This document shows, in pieces, positions 47,774 through 59,000 of a stretch of DNA of 64,000 nt. Every line of letters begins with the position of its first letter. The stretch's first letter is position 1. The notes beneath the pieces are model-generated. The model worked only from the letters and a program-made list of their open reading frames with translations. It searched no databases and was not told the origin of the DNA. The stretch is from Kordiimonas sp. (lineage in GTDB: Bacteria > Pseudomonadota > Alphaproteobacteria > Sphingomonadales > Kordiimonadaceae), in the NCBI RefSeq assembly GCF_048264555.1, contig NZ_JBLXCX010000008.1:16414-80413 (forward strand). Reading direction: 5' to 3'. Position numbers and translations under genes: made by a program.

Positions 47774-48564
47774 CAAAGACGATTGGTAACCAAGAGCCTG
47801 ACATCACCTATCTCGGCTGGTCCGGTTTCCGAATAACTGGGCCAGAGGACAGCGATATCTATATCGATCCACCGAAGGGGACCGTCTTCAAGGATGTGCC
47901 TGCGGTGATTTTCATCACCCATGGCCATCCAGAGCATTTGGGTGGCGTGTTGGACCTGCTGCGGCGCGAACGCGCGAGTAGCACGACCATTGTTGCTTCC
48001 AGCGTGATGTGCCGCTATCTACGGCGTCAGAATGTCGACCCCGGTGTCCGATTCGAACAGGTCACGGCCGGCAGTACTTTTGCCGACGAGACAGGCGTGT
48101 GGGCTGAGGTGTTCGCTTGGCGTCATATGCCACTGCTGCCACCGGGTATCATACCTGCCTGCCGCCATATCTGGCGTCTCCTGCGCGGTTGGCGCAAGAC
48201 AACCAGTATCATTCGCATGATGCTAATGGGGCCGTGCCGTGCAGGCGAGATGTTGGGTTTTGTACTGACAGTCGGCGACGGTATGCCAGTGATTGCCTTT
48301 GGTGAGGGTCTGCACCGCCATACCAGGCCCGGCGAACTGGGCGGCGTTATTGGAGAGCGTATGGAAGCCGTTCTTCTAGTTGCAGTGGAGCCCGAAGATG
48401 TTGGCACACTACCGAGCCTTCTTGATGGAAGTGCGGTACGTTCTATCGCGCTCTATGAGCCGCACGGCCGCTGGCGTGACGACTTTGGCATGCCGCACGC
48501 CGACCTGCAGGCGCTTGCGAAGGAACTTAGGCAGGGGGGCAAGCAGGTTTGTTGCGTACCTTGA
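47770..48564 (+). CDS. Metallo-beta-lactamase-fold hydrolase (UlaG-like)
   Basis: ITYLGWSGFRI, IYIDP and ITHGHPEHLGG (variant HxHxDH); ATGA-coupled to the radical SAM gene. Confidence 0.8.
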   Translation: MTKTIGNQEPDITYLGWSGFRITGPEDSDIYIDPPKGTVFKDVPAVIFITHGHPEHLGGVLDLLRRERASSTTIVASSVMCRYLRRQNVDPGVRFEQVTAGSTFADETGVWAEVFAWRHMPLLPPGIIPACRHIWRLLRGWRKTTSIIRMMLMGPCRAGEMLGFVLTVGDGMPVIAFGEGLHRHTRPGELGGVIGERMEAVLLVAVEPEDVGTLPSLLDGSAVRSIALYEPHGRWRDDFGMPHADLQALAKELRQGGKQVCCVP

Positions 48565-48572
48565 TAGCTCGG

Positions 48573-49484
48573 TTATTCTATGGCACCACGCTGAGTGTGG
48601 CCGGGCTGACCGTGGAAAAAACCATTCGAGAACTGGACGTCGGGCAATAGTTCGTCGAGGAGAGCACAGGCTTTTTCCCCTGAAATCCATTCCGCTGCTC
48701 GGGCGCGAAAAATGTTGGCTACCTGAGCCATGTTGCCAGTGTGTGGGGACAAGCGGAAATCCCTGATACCCATTTGCATCAGCACCGGCAGTTCGTCCAG
48801 CAGGCTGATATATTTGTAGGACAGTGTCTGTAGCCCATTGATGGCGAGAAAGGCCTGACCGTCAAGTGTATCGAGTGTTAGCCCGTCCGGGTCGTTTTCG
48901 CAGACATATCGGCAGCCAGACTTCGTCAGGTGGTTCGCGCGTGCATGGAAGCAGCGCGCGGAGATGGCAAGTGGCGCGCGGCCAAAAACCTGCACTTCAA
49001 GATCGCCTTTGGCAGTGGTCGCCAGTGCCGCCAGCGTCGACTTTGGTAGCTCGGCATTGAGTGAGGTGCGGGTCGCTCCACCATGTTCGAAATGAGCCAG
49101 CGTTTCAGGGTTGTAGATGTTGATGGAGGGACCAAGTGCGTGAGGGCGGTCTTTGAGCAGGCTAATAGTCGACATGTCGTTGGCCTCGATCAGATATTCT
49201 TCGGCGAGCGTCAGGGTTTCCTCCACGCTCGCCATGTCTTTGCCGTCCATCACCAGTTGAAGGCCCGAGAGAATCACCTGTTTGCCCGCCGATCTCAGCC
49301 GGTGGATGATTTCTTCATAATGCACTAGGTGGAAAGGTCGGCGTTTTGCGCAGACAACTTCGCCGAGATAGACGATGTCGATATCAGCCTCATCGGCAAT
49401 ACGAAAATAAAAATCCCTGAATGTATCGACCGGCCAGTTGAAAAGCAGTGGCCCGAGGGACAGTCTGAAAGTTTCTACAGCCAT
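48573..49484 (-). CDS. ubiV: O2-independent ubiquinone biosynthesis protein UbiV (U32 family)
   Basis: LSLGPLLFNW, YLGEVVCAKR, LAISARCFHAR and C.YVC motifs. Confidence 0.92.
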   Translation of the reverse strand: MAVETFRLSLGPLLFNWPVDTFRDFYFRIADEADIDIVYLGEVVCAKRRPFHLVHYEEIIHRLRSAGKQVILSGLQLVMDGKDMASVEETLTLAEEYLIEANDMSTISLLKDRPHALGPSINIYNPETLAHFEHGGATRTSLNAELPKSTLAALATTAKGDLEVQVFGRAPLAISARCFHARANHLTKSGCRYVCENDPDGLTLDTLDGQAFLAINGLQTLSYKYISLLDELPVLMQMGIRDFRLSPHTGNMAQVANIFRARAAEWISGEKACALLDELLPDVQFSNGFFHGQPGHTQRGAIE

Positions 49485-50458
49485 TTTTTCCCGTAAGCTC
49501 CCGTAGTGGTGATGTTGCCCTCCGAGATGGTGGCAAGGTTGGCGCTCGGCGCACTTGTGCCGATGGTGTCGATGGCGCTGCGAAAGCCCGACACCACCTG
49601 CCGCACATAGGCCTTGCTACGTTGTCTTCCTTCGATCTTGAGGGCGCGGACACCCGCCTTCACAAGGCTTGGCAGGATAGAACGAATATCAAGGCTCGTG
49701 GGCTCTTCGAAGATGTAGCCGTGTGCACCCGATACCTGGAACCGTCCCTTGCAAAGAGTGGGGTAACCTGCCTGTTCGTTGTCATTGAAGCGGTTGATGG
49801 TAAAGCCGCCAAGTCGGCTGGTCAGACCGTCCTTTTCGCGTACATAGTCTACATGGCTCGCGGGCGAACAAACGCCATTCCGATTGGGAGACTGTCCGGT
49901 CGCGTAGGAAGAAAGTGTGCAACGTCCCTCAGCCATCGGGCACATGCCGCCAAAGGCGAAAACTTCCGTCTCGACATTGATCTGTTGATTGAGTTTGGCG
50001 ATCTCTGGTACCGTCAGGACGCGCGGCAGCACCACCCGGCGCACGTCGAATGTTTCTGAGTAATAATTAATTGCCGCAGCGTTCGAGGCTGATGCCTGCA
50101 CAGAAAGGTGTAGCCGTAGGTCCGGGTATTGCTCCCGTGCGTAGGCCAGAAGACCGATATCTGCGAGGATGATGGCGTCCACACCAAGTTCGCTGGCGTA
50201 TGCTATGGCGCGATGCCAAGGGGTTGGGTCGATCGCGTCCGCATAGGTGTTTACCGCCAGTAGCACCTTCCGTCCCGCCTTGTGTGCATATGCTATAGCC
50301 CCTTCAAGCTCCGCGACCGAAAAGTTCAACCCTGGGAAGTTGCGGGCATTGGTCTCATCCCGGAAACCGAGGTAGACAGCATCTGCCCCGGCTTCGACTG
50401 CGGCGCGAAGCGCAGCCGGGGTGCCAGCGGGACACACAAGTTCAAGTGCTGTGGTCAT
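49475..50458 (-). CDS. ubiU: O2-independent ubiquinone biosynthesis protein UbiU (U32 family)
   Basis: ELVCPAG, TNARNFPGLNF, CPMAEGRCTLSSY, GVCSP, PTLCKGRF and KIEGRQRS motifs. Confidence 0.95.
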   Translation of the reverse strand: MTTALELVCPAGTPAALRAAVEAGADAVYLGFRDETNARNFPGLNFSVAELEGAIAYAHKAGRKVLLAVNTYADAIDPTPWHRAIAYASELGVDAIILADIGLLAYAREQYPDLRLHLSVQASASNAAAINYYSETFDVRRVVLPRVLTVPEIAKLNQQINVETEVFAFGGMCPMAEGRCTLSSYATGQSPNRNGVCSPASHVDYVREKDGLTSRLGGFTINRFNDNEQAGYPTLCKGRFQVSGAHGYIFEEPTSLDIRSILPSLVKAGVRALKIEGRQRSKAYVRQVVSGFRSAIDTIGTSAPSANLATISEGNITTTGAYGKKWL

Positions 50459-51177
50459 AAAGGGGCTTTCTCTGTATGCGTAGCGTTGGTGACGGTCGAT
50501 TTCTTATGGCGGGTCTGAGCTATTCTGACCTGCCTGCGCAGAGAGGCAAGGTCGTCGCTCAACTGGCGAACCTTCGTGTTCAATGCCGCCACTTGCATCA
50601 TCGGGCGGGCCTGAAACCAGTTCTGTAGCTGTTGGCTATGACATAGCAAGGTACTATGTACCGAACTGCCGAGCTGTATCGTGCGCCGCACTATCGGTTC
50701 TGCGGGCCCTAGGAAAGAAAGTAGCTCGGCACGGAAGTCGATTTCCACGCTATCTATGGCGTTCCTGAGCATTAGCAGCGCTTCCGTATCCCCCGTAACC
50801 TGGATGTTGCGTGCAAAAAACAGCGCGTCGCCGTCGCTCTTTCCCTCAAGGAGCGCGATGAGCGCACTAATCGGTGCCTCAATCGATACGTGGGCACGTG
50901 CTAGGTGGGAGGCTGGCGCGGTTTTTACCCTGAAGCCTCCGGGATTGGCGATTACCATGAAGGCGATGCCGACATCCGTCGCGGCAATTCTGTATAGGGT
51001 ACCTGGGGTGAGATGGAGGCGGGAAAAGGCGTCTGGATGGCTAGAGATGATGCGGTCAACCACAGCCTGTAGCGCAAGGTCTAGCGGTGTGGCAGGTAGG
51101 GCGGCCAGCACCCGCCCTGCAAACAGGCCGATATTTCTTGGCATCTCGCCTAGTATCGGGCTCTGAGATTTCCTCAT
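50455..51177 (-). CDS. ubiT: SCP2-domain accessory factor UbiT, with coiled-coil extension
   Basis: LIALLEGKSDGDALFFARNIQVTGDTEALLMLRNAID; first gene of the ubiT-U-V operon. Confidence 0.85.
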   Translation of the reverse strand: MRKSQSPILGEMPRNIGLFAGRVLAALPATPLDLALQAVVDRIISSHPDAFSRLHLTPGTLYRIAATDVGIAFMVIANPGGFRVKTAPASHLARAHVSIEAPISALIALLEGKSDGDALFFARNIQVTGDTEALLMLRNAIDSVEIDFRAELLSFLGPAEPIVRRTIQLGSSVHSTLLCHSQQLQNWFQARPMMQVAALNTKVRQLSDDLASLRRQVRIAQTRHKKSTVTNATHTEKAPL

Positions 51178-51232
51178 AACATTTCCCCGTGTGGTTGCCT
51201 AACCGAGCTTACACAGGATCCATGACCGGCAT

Positions 51233-51246
51233 TTGATACAAGTCAA
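51233..51246 (-). promoter_or_regulatory. FNR-type box for ubiTUV
   Basis: TTGAC-TTGT-ATCAA on the minus strand, ~60 bp before ubiT. Confidence 0.75.
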
Positions 51247-51370
51247 ATGGCTTTGGGATTAGAGGGAGAGGAGAGGTTATGAGTAGTAGTTGTGAGGATG
51301 CTTACACGTATATAGCAGGCTACGGGCAACTTAGTAGCTGCCTATCCAGAGCATCTATGTGTAACTGGAA

Positions 51371-52066
51371 CTAGCTTCGTTTTCCACGTGCCTTAAGCCA
51401 GTCCTTCAAGGCTTCAGCGTCAGAAGTTTGGTGTGGTTCTTCACCATGCAAGCCGGGAGGGGCGACCCAGCCAGGGTGTACGCCTTCCATGTTCGGCAGT
51501 TCATGAGCGATGCCTTTGTGACAGTCGATGCAGGTCGCTTGCTTAGAGAGAAGGTAGCGGGTGTGAATTTCAGCAGCTCGCGCCGTTTGTCGCGATAGGT
51601 CCATTGCCACAGACGAGTGGCAGTTCCGGCACTCGAGGCTGTCATTCGCCTTTAAACGAGCCCACTCACGCTGGGCCAATTCAAGGCGCTTGTCTAAGAA
51701 TTTTCGGCGGGTGCTGATGGTGCCAAAAATTTTGCCCCAAACCTCCTTTGAAGCCTGCATCTTGCGGGCAATTTTGTCGGTCCAGTTGTGGGGGACGTGG
51801 CAGTCCGGGCAGGATGCTCGTACACCGGACCGGTTGGAGAAATGCACGGTCCGGGTCAATTCTTCGTAGACGTTCGTTTCCATCTCGTGGCACGATATGC
51901 AGAACTCTTCGGTGTTAGTCACTTCAAGCGCAGTGTTGAATGCGCCCCAGAAAATAACCCCTCCAAGAAAGCCGCCGAGCGTGAGAAAGCCGAGGCTCAA
52001 CGTTGCTGCCGGTGTGTTGACAAACCGCCAAGTCCGGCGAATGGCGGTTTTGATCGCGTCCAGCAC
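51371..52066 (-). CDS. napC: Tetraheme quinol dehydrogenase NapC
   Basis: Four CxxCH motifs (CISCH, CPDCH, CRNCH, CIDCH). Confidence 0.96.
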   Translation of the reverse strand: MLDAIKTAIRRTWRFVNTPAATLSLGFLTLGGFLGGVIFWGAFNTALEVTNTEEFCISCHEMETNVYEELTRTVHFSNRSGVRASCPDCHVPHNWTDKIARKMQASKEVWGKIFGTISTRRKFLDKRLELAQREWARLKANDSLECRNCHSSVAMDLSRQTARAAEIHTRYLLSKQATCIDCHKGIAHELPNMEGVHPGWVAPPGLHGEEPHQTSDAEALKDWLKARGKRS

Positions 52067-52564
52067 CTAGTTTTCTCCCGAATGTTCGACGCCCATTTCA
52101 CTCATGTCCTTGAATGTATTACCGATAAGTGGCGGGGTATCAGCCTGAGGGACATGGCAGGCGGTGCAAAAGTAGCGTCGCGGTGACACATCAGCCAGCA
52201 TTTGGCCCTCTCGATTCATATAGTGAGTGACACTGATCATTGGTGCATTAGAGCCCTGTGTAAACTCCCGTTTGTGGCAGGACATGCAGCGATTGGCATT
52301 CACCGAAAGCTGATAGCCTTCGATTGAATGCGGAATAATTGGTGGCTGTTCTGGATAGGCGCGCATCTTGCGCACATCGTCGATCACCCAACGCGGGATG
52401 GGCTCGGCTGGCACATTCTCCATCAGGGACTTGGCGCCCGTCAGGTCTGGTACCGCTGTTATCTGGGCCATTGCGGCGGTGCCGAGGGCTACAAGTACGG
52501 CAAACACCGTGATGCCGCGTTTGCGCCAACGCATTAGATGACGGCTTCTATTCTGACTGCGCAT
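52067..52564 (-). CDS. napB: Diheme cytochrome c NapB
   Basis: [14 protein letters not shown] and [14 protein letters not shown] motifs. Confidence 0.96.
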   Translation of the reverse strand: MRSQNRSRHLMRWRKRGITVFAVLVALGTAAMAQITAVPDLTGAKSLMENVPAEPIPRWVIDDVRKMRAYPEQPPIIPHSIEGYQLSVNANRCMSCHKREFTQGSNAPMISVTHYMNREGQMLADVSPRRYFCTACHVPQADTPPLIGNTFKDMSEMGVEHSGEN

Positions 52565-55038
52565 TTCTTGAAATCCGTTTGTTTTGAGATGGGGTCGGTG
52601 GCGTCGAGGGTTACCTTATTGATAAGTTGGCTCGCGTCGAACCATGGAACAAAAATTACGCCGCGTGGCATGCGGTTGCGGCCCTTGGTTTCGATCCGAC
52701 TCCGGATCTCGCCACGGCGGGAGATGACGCGGACCTCCATGCCTTGATTTAGGCCCCGTCGGCGGGCGTCGTCCGCATTCATGAAACACACTGCGCCGGG
52801 GAACGCCCGGTAGAGTTCGGGCACGCGCATGGTCATGGAGCCAGAGTGCCAATGTTCGAGCACGCGGCCTGTTACTAGCCACAAGTCGTATTCTTCATCC
52901 GGCGATTCGGCTGGGGGTTCGTATGGTACAGCCAGTATGACTGCCTTGCCGTCAGGGCGACCATAGAATTTCACACCTTCACCAGATTGTACGTAGGGAT
53001 CATATCCCTCGCGGTAACGCCAGCGAGTTTCCTGTCCGTCTACTACTGGCCAACGAAGACCGCGCTCCTTATGGTAACGATCATAAGGAGCAAGGTCGTG
53101 TCCATGGCCGCGACCGAACTCGGCATATTCCTCAAAGAGGCCCTTCTGGATATAGAAGCCAAAATCCTGTGCCTCGTTATTTGCATAGTCTGGGTCGGTC
53201 TCGCTCAAAGGGAAACGATTAACCTTGCCATTCTGAAAAAGAACTTCAAACAGCGTACGTCCGCGATAGTCCGGATTAGACGTAAGGATTTCCTCGGGCC
53301 ATACCTCGTCAGTCTTGAAGCGCTTTGAAAATTCGGCCAACTGCCACAAGTCGGAACGTGCTTCGCCTTTCGCCTGCACCAATTGGTGCCAGACATGGGT
53401 GCGACGTTCGGCATTGCCGTAAGCGCCTTCCTTCTCCACCCACATTGCAGCCGGTAAAATTACATCCGCCGCCATCGTTGTAACGGTGGGATAGGCGTCT
53501 GAAACGACGATGAAGTTATCGGGGTTGCGGTAGCCCGGGTAAGTCTCCTGGCTGTTATTGGGTGCAGCTTGTAGGTTATTGTTAACCTGAACCCAGTAGA
53601 AATTGAGCTTGCCATCCTTGAGCATGCGGTCCTGTTGCACGGCGTGATAGCCGGGCTTTTCAGGCAACAACCCTTCGGGCAGGCGCCATATTTCCTCAGC
53701 ATGGTGACGATGCTTGGGGTTGGTCACTACCATATCAGCAGGCAGCCGGTGAGCGAAGGTGCCTACTTCACGCGCGGTTCCGCAGGCTGAGGGCTGGCCG
53801 GTCAAGGAAAAGGGGCTGTTGCCGGGCTCCGATATCTTACCGGTCAGTAGGTGGATATTATAAACCATATGATTGGCCCACACGCCACGTACATGCTGGT
53901 TGAACCCCATGGTCCAAAGCGACATCACTTTGGTATCAGGATTGGCGTAAAGCTCCGCCAGCTCTACGAGGAAATCAGGATCAGCCCCGGAAATTTCAGC
54001 TGCTTTTTCGAGTGTATAGTCCGCGACAAAAGTCTTGAACTCCTCGAAATCTATTGGCTCCATCCGTCCAGCATCTGCCGCGCCGCTAGCCTTCATTTGC
54101 AGTTCATGCTCGTCTCTCAAGCCATAGCCGATGTCGGTTATGCCGCGCATGAAGGTAGTGTGCGCGCTCACGAATTTCTCGTTCACCTTACCAGTTTGTA
54201 TAATGTGGTTTGCGATATAGTTCAGGATGGCAAGGTCACTGCCGGGCTTGAAAATGATCGGGATATCAGCAAGGTCCATCGACCGATGGGTGTATGTAGA
54301 TAGAACCGCGCAACGCACGTGTGGATGGCCAAGCCGGCGATCCGCAACCCTGGTCCAGAGAATAGGATGCATCTCCGCCATGTTTGAGCCCCACAGCACG
54401 AAAGCATCCGCGTGCTCGAAGTCATCGTAGCAACCCATCGGTTCGTCCATGCCGAAAGTGCGCATAAATGCGGTAGCAGCGGATGCCATACAATGGCGCG
54501 CGTTGGGGTCCAAGTTGTTGGAACGGAAACCAGCACGCATAAGTTTGGAGGCAGCGTAGCCCTCAAAAATAGTCCACTGACCGGAGCCGAACATACCGAT
54601 GGCGGTCGGTCCCTTTTCACGCAGTGTCTGCTTGCATTTTTCGGCCATGACGTCGAAAGCCTCATCCCAAGTGACTGGCTCGAACTCGCCCTGTTTGTCG
54701 TAAACACCGCCGCGCTTCCGCATCAGCGGTGTGGTCAACCGGTCGCGGCCATACATGATCTTGGATAGGAAGTATCCCTTGATGCAATTCAGCCCCCGGT
54801 TCACCTCTGCTTGCATGTCACCGTGGGTGGCGACAACCTGCCCCTCTTTGACACCGACCATCACGCCACAGCCCGTACCGCAAAACCGACATGGCGCTTT
54901 TGACCATTTGATGCCGAGGGCACTAACACCACCTGGCACCGGTTGTGCGCTAACTGGTAGTGTTATGCCTGCGGCTGCGGCGGCCACGGCCGCCGCCTGT
55001 GCTTTGAGGACGTCACGCCGGGTCAGTTCGGCAGTCAT
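52534..55038 (-). CDS. napA: Periplasmic nitrate reductase catalytic subunit
   Basis: Tat signal [15 protein letters not shown] and NARHCMASA motifs. Confidence 0.98.
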   Translation of the reverse strand: MTAELTRRDVLKAQAAAVAAAAAGITLPVSAQPVPGGVSALGIKWSKAPCRFCGTGCGVMVGVKEGQVVATHGDMQAEVNRGLNCIKGYFLSKIMYGRDRLTTPLMRKRGGVYDKQGEFEPVTWDEAFDVMAEKCKQTLREKGPTAIGMFGSGQWTIFEGYAASKLMRAGFRSNNLDPNARHCMASAATAFMRTFGMDEPMGCYDDFEHADAFVLWGSNMAEMHPILWTRVADRRLGHPHVRCAVLSTYTHRSMDLADIPIIFKPGSDLAILNYIANHIIQTGKVNEKFVSAHTTFMRGITDIGYGLRDEHELQMKASGAADAGRMEPIDFEEFKTFVADYTLEKAAEISGADPDFLVELAELYANPDTKVMSLWTMGFNQHVRGVWANHMVYNIHLLTGKISEPGNSPFSLTGQPSACGTAREVGTFAHRLPADMVVTNPKHRHHAEEIWRLPEGLLPEKPGYHAVQQDRMLKDGKLNFYWVQVNNNLQAAPNNSQETYPGYRNPDNFIVVSDAYPTVTTMAADVILPAAMWVEKEGAYGNAERRTHVWHQLVQAKGEARSDLWQLAEFSKRFKTDEVWPEEILTSNPDYRGRTLFEVLFQNGKVNRFPLSETDPDYANNEAQDFGFYIQKGLFEEYAEFGRGHGHDLAPYDRYHKERGLRWPVVDGQETRWRYREGYDPYVQSGEGVKFYGRPDGKAVILAVPYEPPAESPDEEYDLWLVTGRVLEHWHSGSMTMRVPELYRAFPGAVCFMNADDARRRGLNQGMEVRVISRRGEIRSRIETKGRNRMPRGVIFVPWFDASQLINKVTLDATDPISKQTDFKKCAVRIEAVI

Positions 55039-55295
55039 AATTGGTTCTCCTCGAGTTGCTCGACGTGTTCAAAAACCATGTTTGCTGTGATGACGCCGGG
55101 AATTAGCGCGATCGAGGCAAGCCGATCCCCGAGATCGCGGGTGCTGCGGCCTTCCATCACAAGAACGATACGCCCTCCTTCGTGTGCATGAACCTCTGTC
55201 TCGGCAAAATCCGTGATCGCTTTGATTACGGGCTCCACGCGGTCTGGCCGCGCAAGTACGACAGCACTCGAGATGTGATGCAAGGCCTCAGGCAT
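55035..55295 (-). CDS. napD: NapD chaperone
   Basis: HISSAVV...[13 protein letters not shown]; ATG 55295 overlaps the napF end. Confidence 0.9.
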   Translation of the reverse strand: MPEALHHISSAVVLARPDRVEPVIKAITDFAETEVHAHEGGRIVLVMEGRSTRDLGDRLASIALIPGVITANMVFEHVEQLEENQL

Positions 55296-55596
55296 TGAAA
55301 GTCTCTTTCTGTGTCGGCGGAATGGTAATGGCGGCGACCGGACAAACTGGCACGCAGTCACCGCAGTGGGTGCAAAGGGTATTCGATAACTCGGGAATGC
55401 TCACGCCGCCGGGCCGCAAGCGGAACTTGATGGCATCCTCGGCACAGTGATCTCGACACGCCATACATGTAATACCTGTGCGAGCCAAGCAATTGTCCGC
55501 GATCTCGATTTGCCGCGAGTGTGTGTCAGCTTTCTGGCTTGATTCGCGCCAGCGGCCACGCAAAAAATGTCGGCGATCTAGAGCATCATCCTGCAT
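55288..55596 (-). CDS. napF: Short NapF ferredoxin
   Basis: RRHFLRG, C...CMACRDHC and CTHCGDCVPVCP (two clusters). Confidence 0.88.
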   Translation of the reverse strand: MQDDALDRRHFLRGRWRESSQKADTHSRQIEIADNCLARTGITCMACRDHCAEDAIKFRLRPGGVSIPELSNTLCTHCGDCVPVCPVAAITIPPTQKETFNA

Positions 55597-55599
55597 GAC

Positions 55600-55794
55600 C
55601 TAACCACCCGGTGGGCCCGGCGGGCCGAACACTATTTGCCACATCCACACAAGAAATCCGAAGCCTCCGACAACTGCGACCGATAGGACCGGCCAGATGC
55701 CGAATGCCAGCGCAAGGAATGCCAGCAATTCTATCCGTTTGCGGGTTCCAGCGGTTTGGGAGGTATCGATCTTTGTATCTGTATTTTTAGGCAT
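55600..55794 (-). CDS. napE: NapE membrane protein
   Basis: ELLAFLALAFGIWPVLSVAVVGGFGFLVWMWQIVFGPPGPP. Confidence 0.93.
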   Translation of the reverse strand: MPKNTDTKIDTSQTAGTRKRIELLAFLALAFGIWPVLSVAVVGGFGFLVWMWQIVFGPPGPPGG

Positions 55795-56018
55795 GTGTCT
55801 CTCTTGAAAAGGAAGTACACACTCAGAACTTACGCGATACAGTAATATGCAGAAGCTAGCACACCGTTCGGCATGTCTCAACTTCTGGTAATCACGCTCT
55901 TACAAGAACCCCGGCCTTTGTTGTTCTGAAGGGAATCTCTTCACTAATATTGGCGGACGCACTGAATTGCGGGTTCTCGCACCTTGTGGGACTATGACGT
56001 TGATGCGGGTGCCACAAC

Positions 56019-59000
56019 TTATTTCCCCATTCGGCGCTGGAACTCCGCCCTTGCTTTGGGTTCACAGTCTTTTCGCTGCTCGTCATTCGCAGCCCAACTG
56101 CAATAGCGGCGCACAAAATCATCCAGATTGTTGGCCTGATGCAGGTTGCTAGCAACAGCCACTCCCTGCTTGCCCATGGCCAGACATTCTGCGGCTTGCA
56201 CCTGAGCACCCTGCGCGCGAAGGTCGTTACACATCTGCGCGAAGATATCGATCTGCTTGTCATTGAGCGTCACTCGTGACGCTGCCTTGTCAAGCCGCTC
56301 CTGATCAATGTCGTAGGACCGGTCAAAACCGCTGCTGCCGGTCTGCTGCCTGGACTGACCATACTGGTTGTACTGCTGGCGTTTGGCGTTGCCTTCGTCA
56401 AGGCTGTCAACCCAGTTCACCACGTTGCCGCTCCCGCGTGAGCGTTGCTGTTCGGCTTGCTGGGCCAGTTGCTGGTTGCTGATACCATAGGCGCCGATGC
56501 CGGACTGGTTCATTAGTTGCGCAGCTGTCGGGCGGTTCTTATATCGCTGGTTCATGTCGCTCACGAGATTGTCGAACTTCTGGTTGTTGGCGGCGATTTG
56601 CGCGTCAACCCGTGCATCATAGGCCTGCATCGACTGCATGGTGCTGGCGATGCCGCCCGCCAGAGCCTGCATGCTGGCCTGGAACTGGGCGCGCTCCTGT
56701 TCCTTGCGGCGCTCTTCCTCGGCGCGCGCCTGTGCGGCTTCAGCGAACTGTTGCTGCATCATACCTTCATTCTGGGCCTTCTCGTATTCCGCCATCTGCT
56801 TGAGCCGCTGGCGGATAGCATATTCCTCTTCTGGGCTGCGGTCGTTCTGAACCACCCGGATAGGCGCATCGGTCCCACCAGCATCAGCGTCGTAGGCCCA
56901 TGGATCATCCGCAGGAACTGGTTTTTCCCTTTCATCCGGCTCATCCACTGCTTTCTCGGCTTCCGCCAGCAGCGCCCCGCCCGGGCGGAAAGCAATATCC
57001 TGAAACGGCGCGCGGCCTGCGTCCATATTGGACCGGACTTGCGCATAGACATCGCCGAATTTCGCCCCCTCCGGCAACTGAACCTTTCCTTGCTGCACAT
57101 TGTCGATCAACACGCGCCTTATAGCGGCATCCCGCTCTTGCGCACCAGATGCAGCGTCCTGTCCGGCAAAGAAGGTGGTACGCATTTGCGCCTCAACCAT
57201 GTCATTGATGGTGCGCCCATCCTTCGATACCGGCAATTTTCCCAGAAGCTCGCCAGTCATCCAGCCCATATCGAAAGCACCTGAAAGCTGGCCATATCCG
57301 GGTATCAGCTTCTCCATCACCTTGTCCTTGGCGTGATTATACAGCTCTTCCCCAACCATATCTTTGGTGTTTTCCCATGCCTTCGCATAGTTACCGTCAT
57401 AAAGTTCCTTGCCGATCTTGTCGGTAACCTCACGGGCTTTTTGCAGCTTGTCCCAATAGTCCATGCCCTTCATGCCCGTACCAAACACCTTGTCCGCGCC
57501 GCGGTTCAGGCGCGTGCGAGCGGTCGTCCCCCCGTCCGTGCCAGAGAAGTCATGATCGCTGCTCATGGAGGCAGGGCCAACTGCCACATTGTCGTTCGCC
57601 GCCGACGGCTTCATGAAGTCGGGATCGAGCCCTTCTTTGCCCGGCACCTGCTCGTTCGCCAGTACCGCGCTATCGCTGACGGCAACGCCAAGCGCCGCGT
57701 TGGCGTCAATCGTTGCCTGATGCCGCATGAAGCTGTCCTGCACCTGCCGGGTCTTCTCCGCCGCGTCAGCTTCAAGTGCTTCCCTTCTGGCAGACAGTTC
57801 CTGTATCCGCGCCTCCCGGTCGACCGAAAGTTCGTCACCATCACCGGCTGCGCGGATAGCATCTATCTCGCTGGCCAGAGCGCGGCTGTCCGCCTTCGCT
57901 TTTTCGGCCTCCACGATCATAGCTGCGCGCTCCTGCACTGCCTCCGTGTCCATTTGCCGGACAATGGTATCCGTCACCTCATTTTGCACATTAATAAGAG
58001 CCTTGAGCTTCTCATCGCTGTTGATGCCAAGGCTCGACGGATCATGTCGGCGCTTCATGCGCCGCATCATGGCTTCATACTCCGCCCCCGACATGTCTTT
58101 GGTTTCCTCGTGCCTGTCGAGCGCTTGCCGGACCGGGTGGGCCGGATCATCCATATCAGGCGGCAATTTACCTTTCCATTTGTCGAGCAGCTTGCGGTTG
58201 GACTTCACGTAGCGCTGCCAGGCATCCGCGTTGGCGCCTTCGACCCCCGCGAGTGTCGGGTTCTCCAGAGCCCGCATCTCAGCCGCCTTATTGAGCTGGT
58301 CCTGTCCAAACACGGCATTCTTGCCTGGCTGTCCATCTGCCATACTCTGGCTGGTGAAGGTTTCCTTGTTGGTCGCCATAGCCCGCAGCTTGTCCTTGTA
58401 AAGCTGTGACCCCGGCGGCGCTTTCTCAAGCTCCATATCGCGGTTGAGCGTCATGTTGAGCGCTTCGATATCGACAGTGCTGCCCCCGTTCTTGTCAGCG
58501 GTTTCAAAACCTAGGGTGCGAGCGATCTCAGCAACCCTGTCCGCTTCCTGACTGGTCGCCGAATAGTCATGGTCTGATGCCCAGCCCGAGTTTTCACGGC
58601 TGTTTGCATCTGTACCGTCTGACGATGAGATACCGTCTTTGTTCAAGGGATCGGCTGCTGCCTTGACAATTTCTTCCACCAAGGGCCTTCGCTGCTTTTC
58701 CACAAGTTTTCTGCTTTCAAAGATATAGCTGACTTCAGCCCGGTAAAGCTGCTCCGCCCTGACATGGTCTGGCAAGCTCTTGTCTGCGCGAAGGTCCGCT
58801 TTACGCTGGTCGCGCACTTGTTTCAGTTCCTCGTTTTTACTGGCAGCTTCCCTATATTCCTTGTACCTGTCCCAAAGCCTTTCCTGCACCTCTGGCGGCA
58901 GTGAGGCAAATACCTCGCTTGTTATTGTTGTTGACGGCTCCGCCTGTTGGGCGGCGACCGAAAGCGGTAGCGCCGCCGCCCACAGGGTTAAGGCGAACAG

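Noticed and set aside
45325-48564. Hopanoid biosynthesis cluster
   Set aside because: No squalene synthase, squalene-hopene cyclase or hpnH in the window; only family-level resemblance of two genes.
51279-51374. 31-aa ORF (MSSSCEDAY...) with purine-rich upstream sequence
   Set aside because: It overlaps the likely nap terminator hairpin and abuts the napC stop; no homology recognised.
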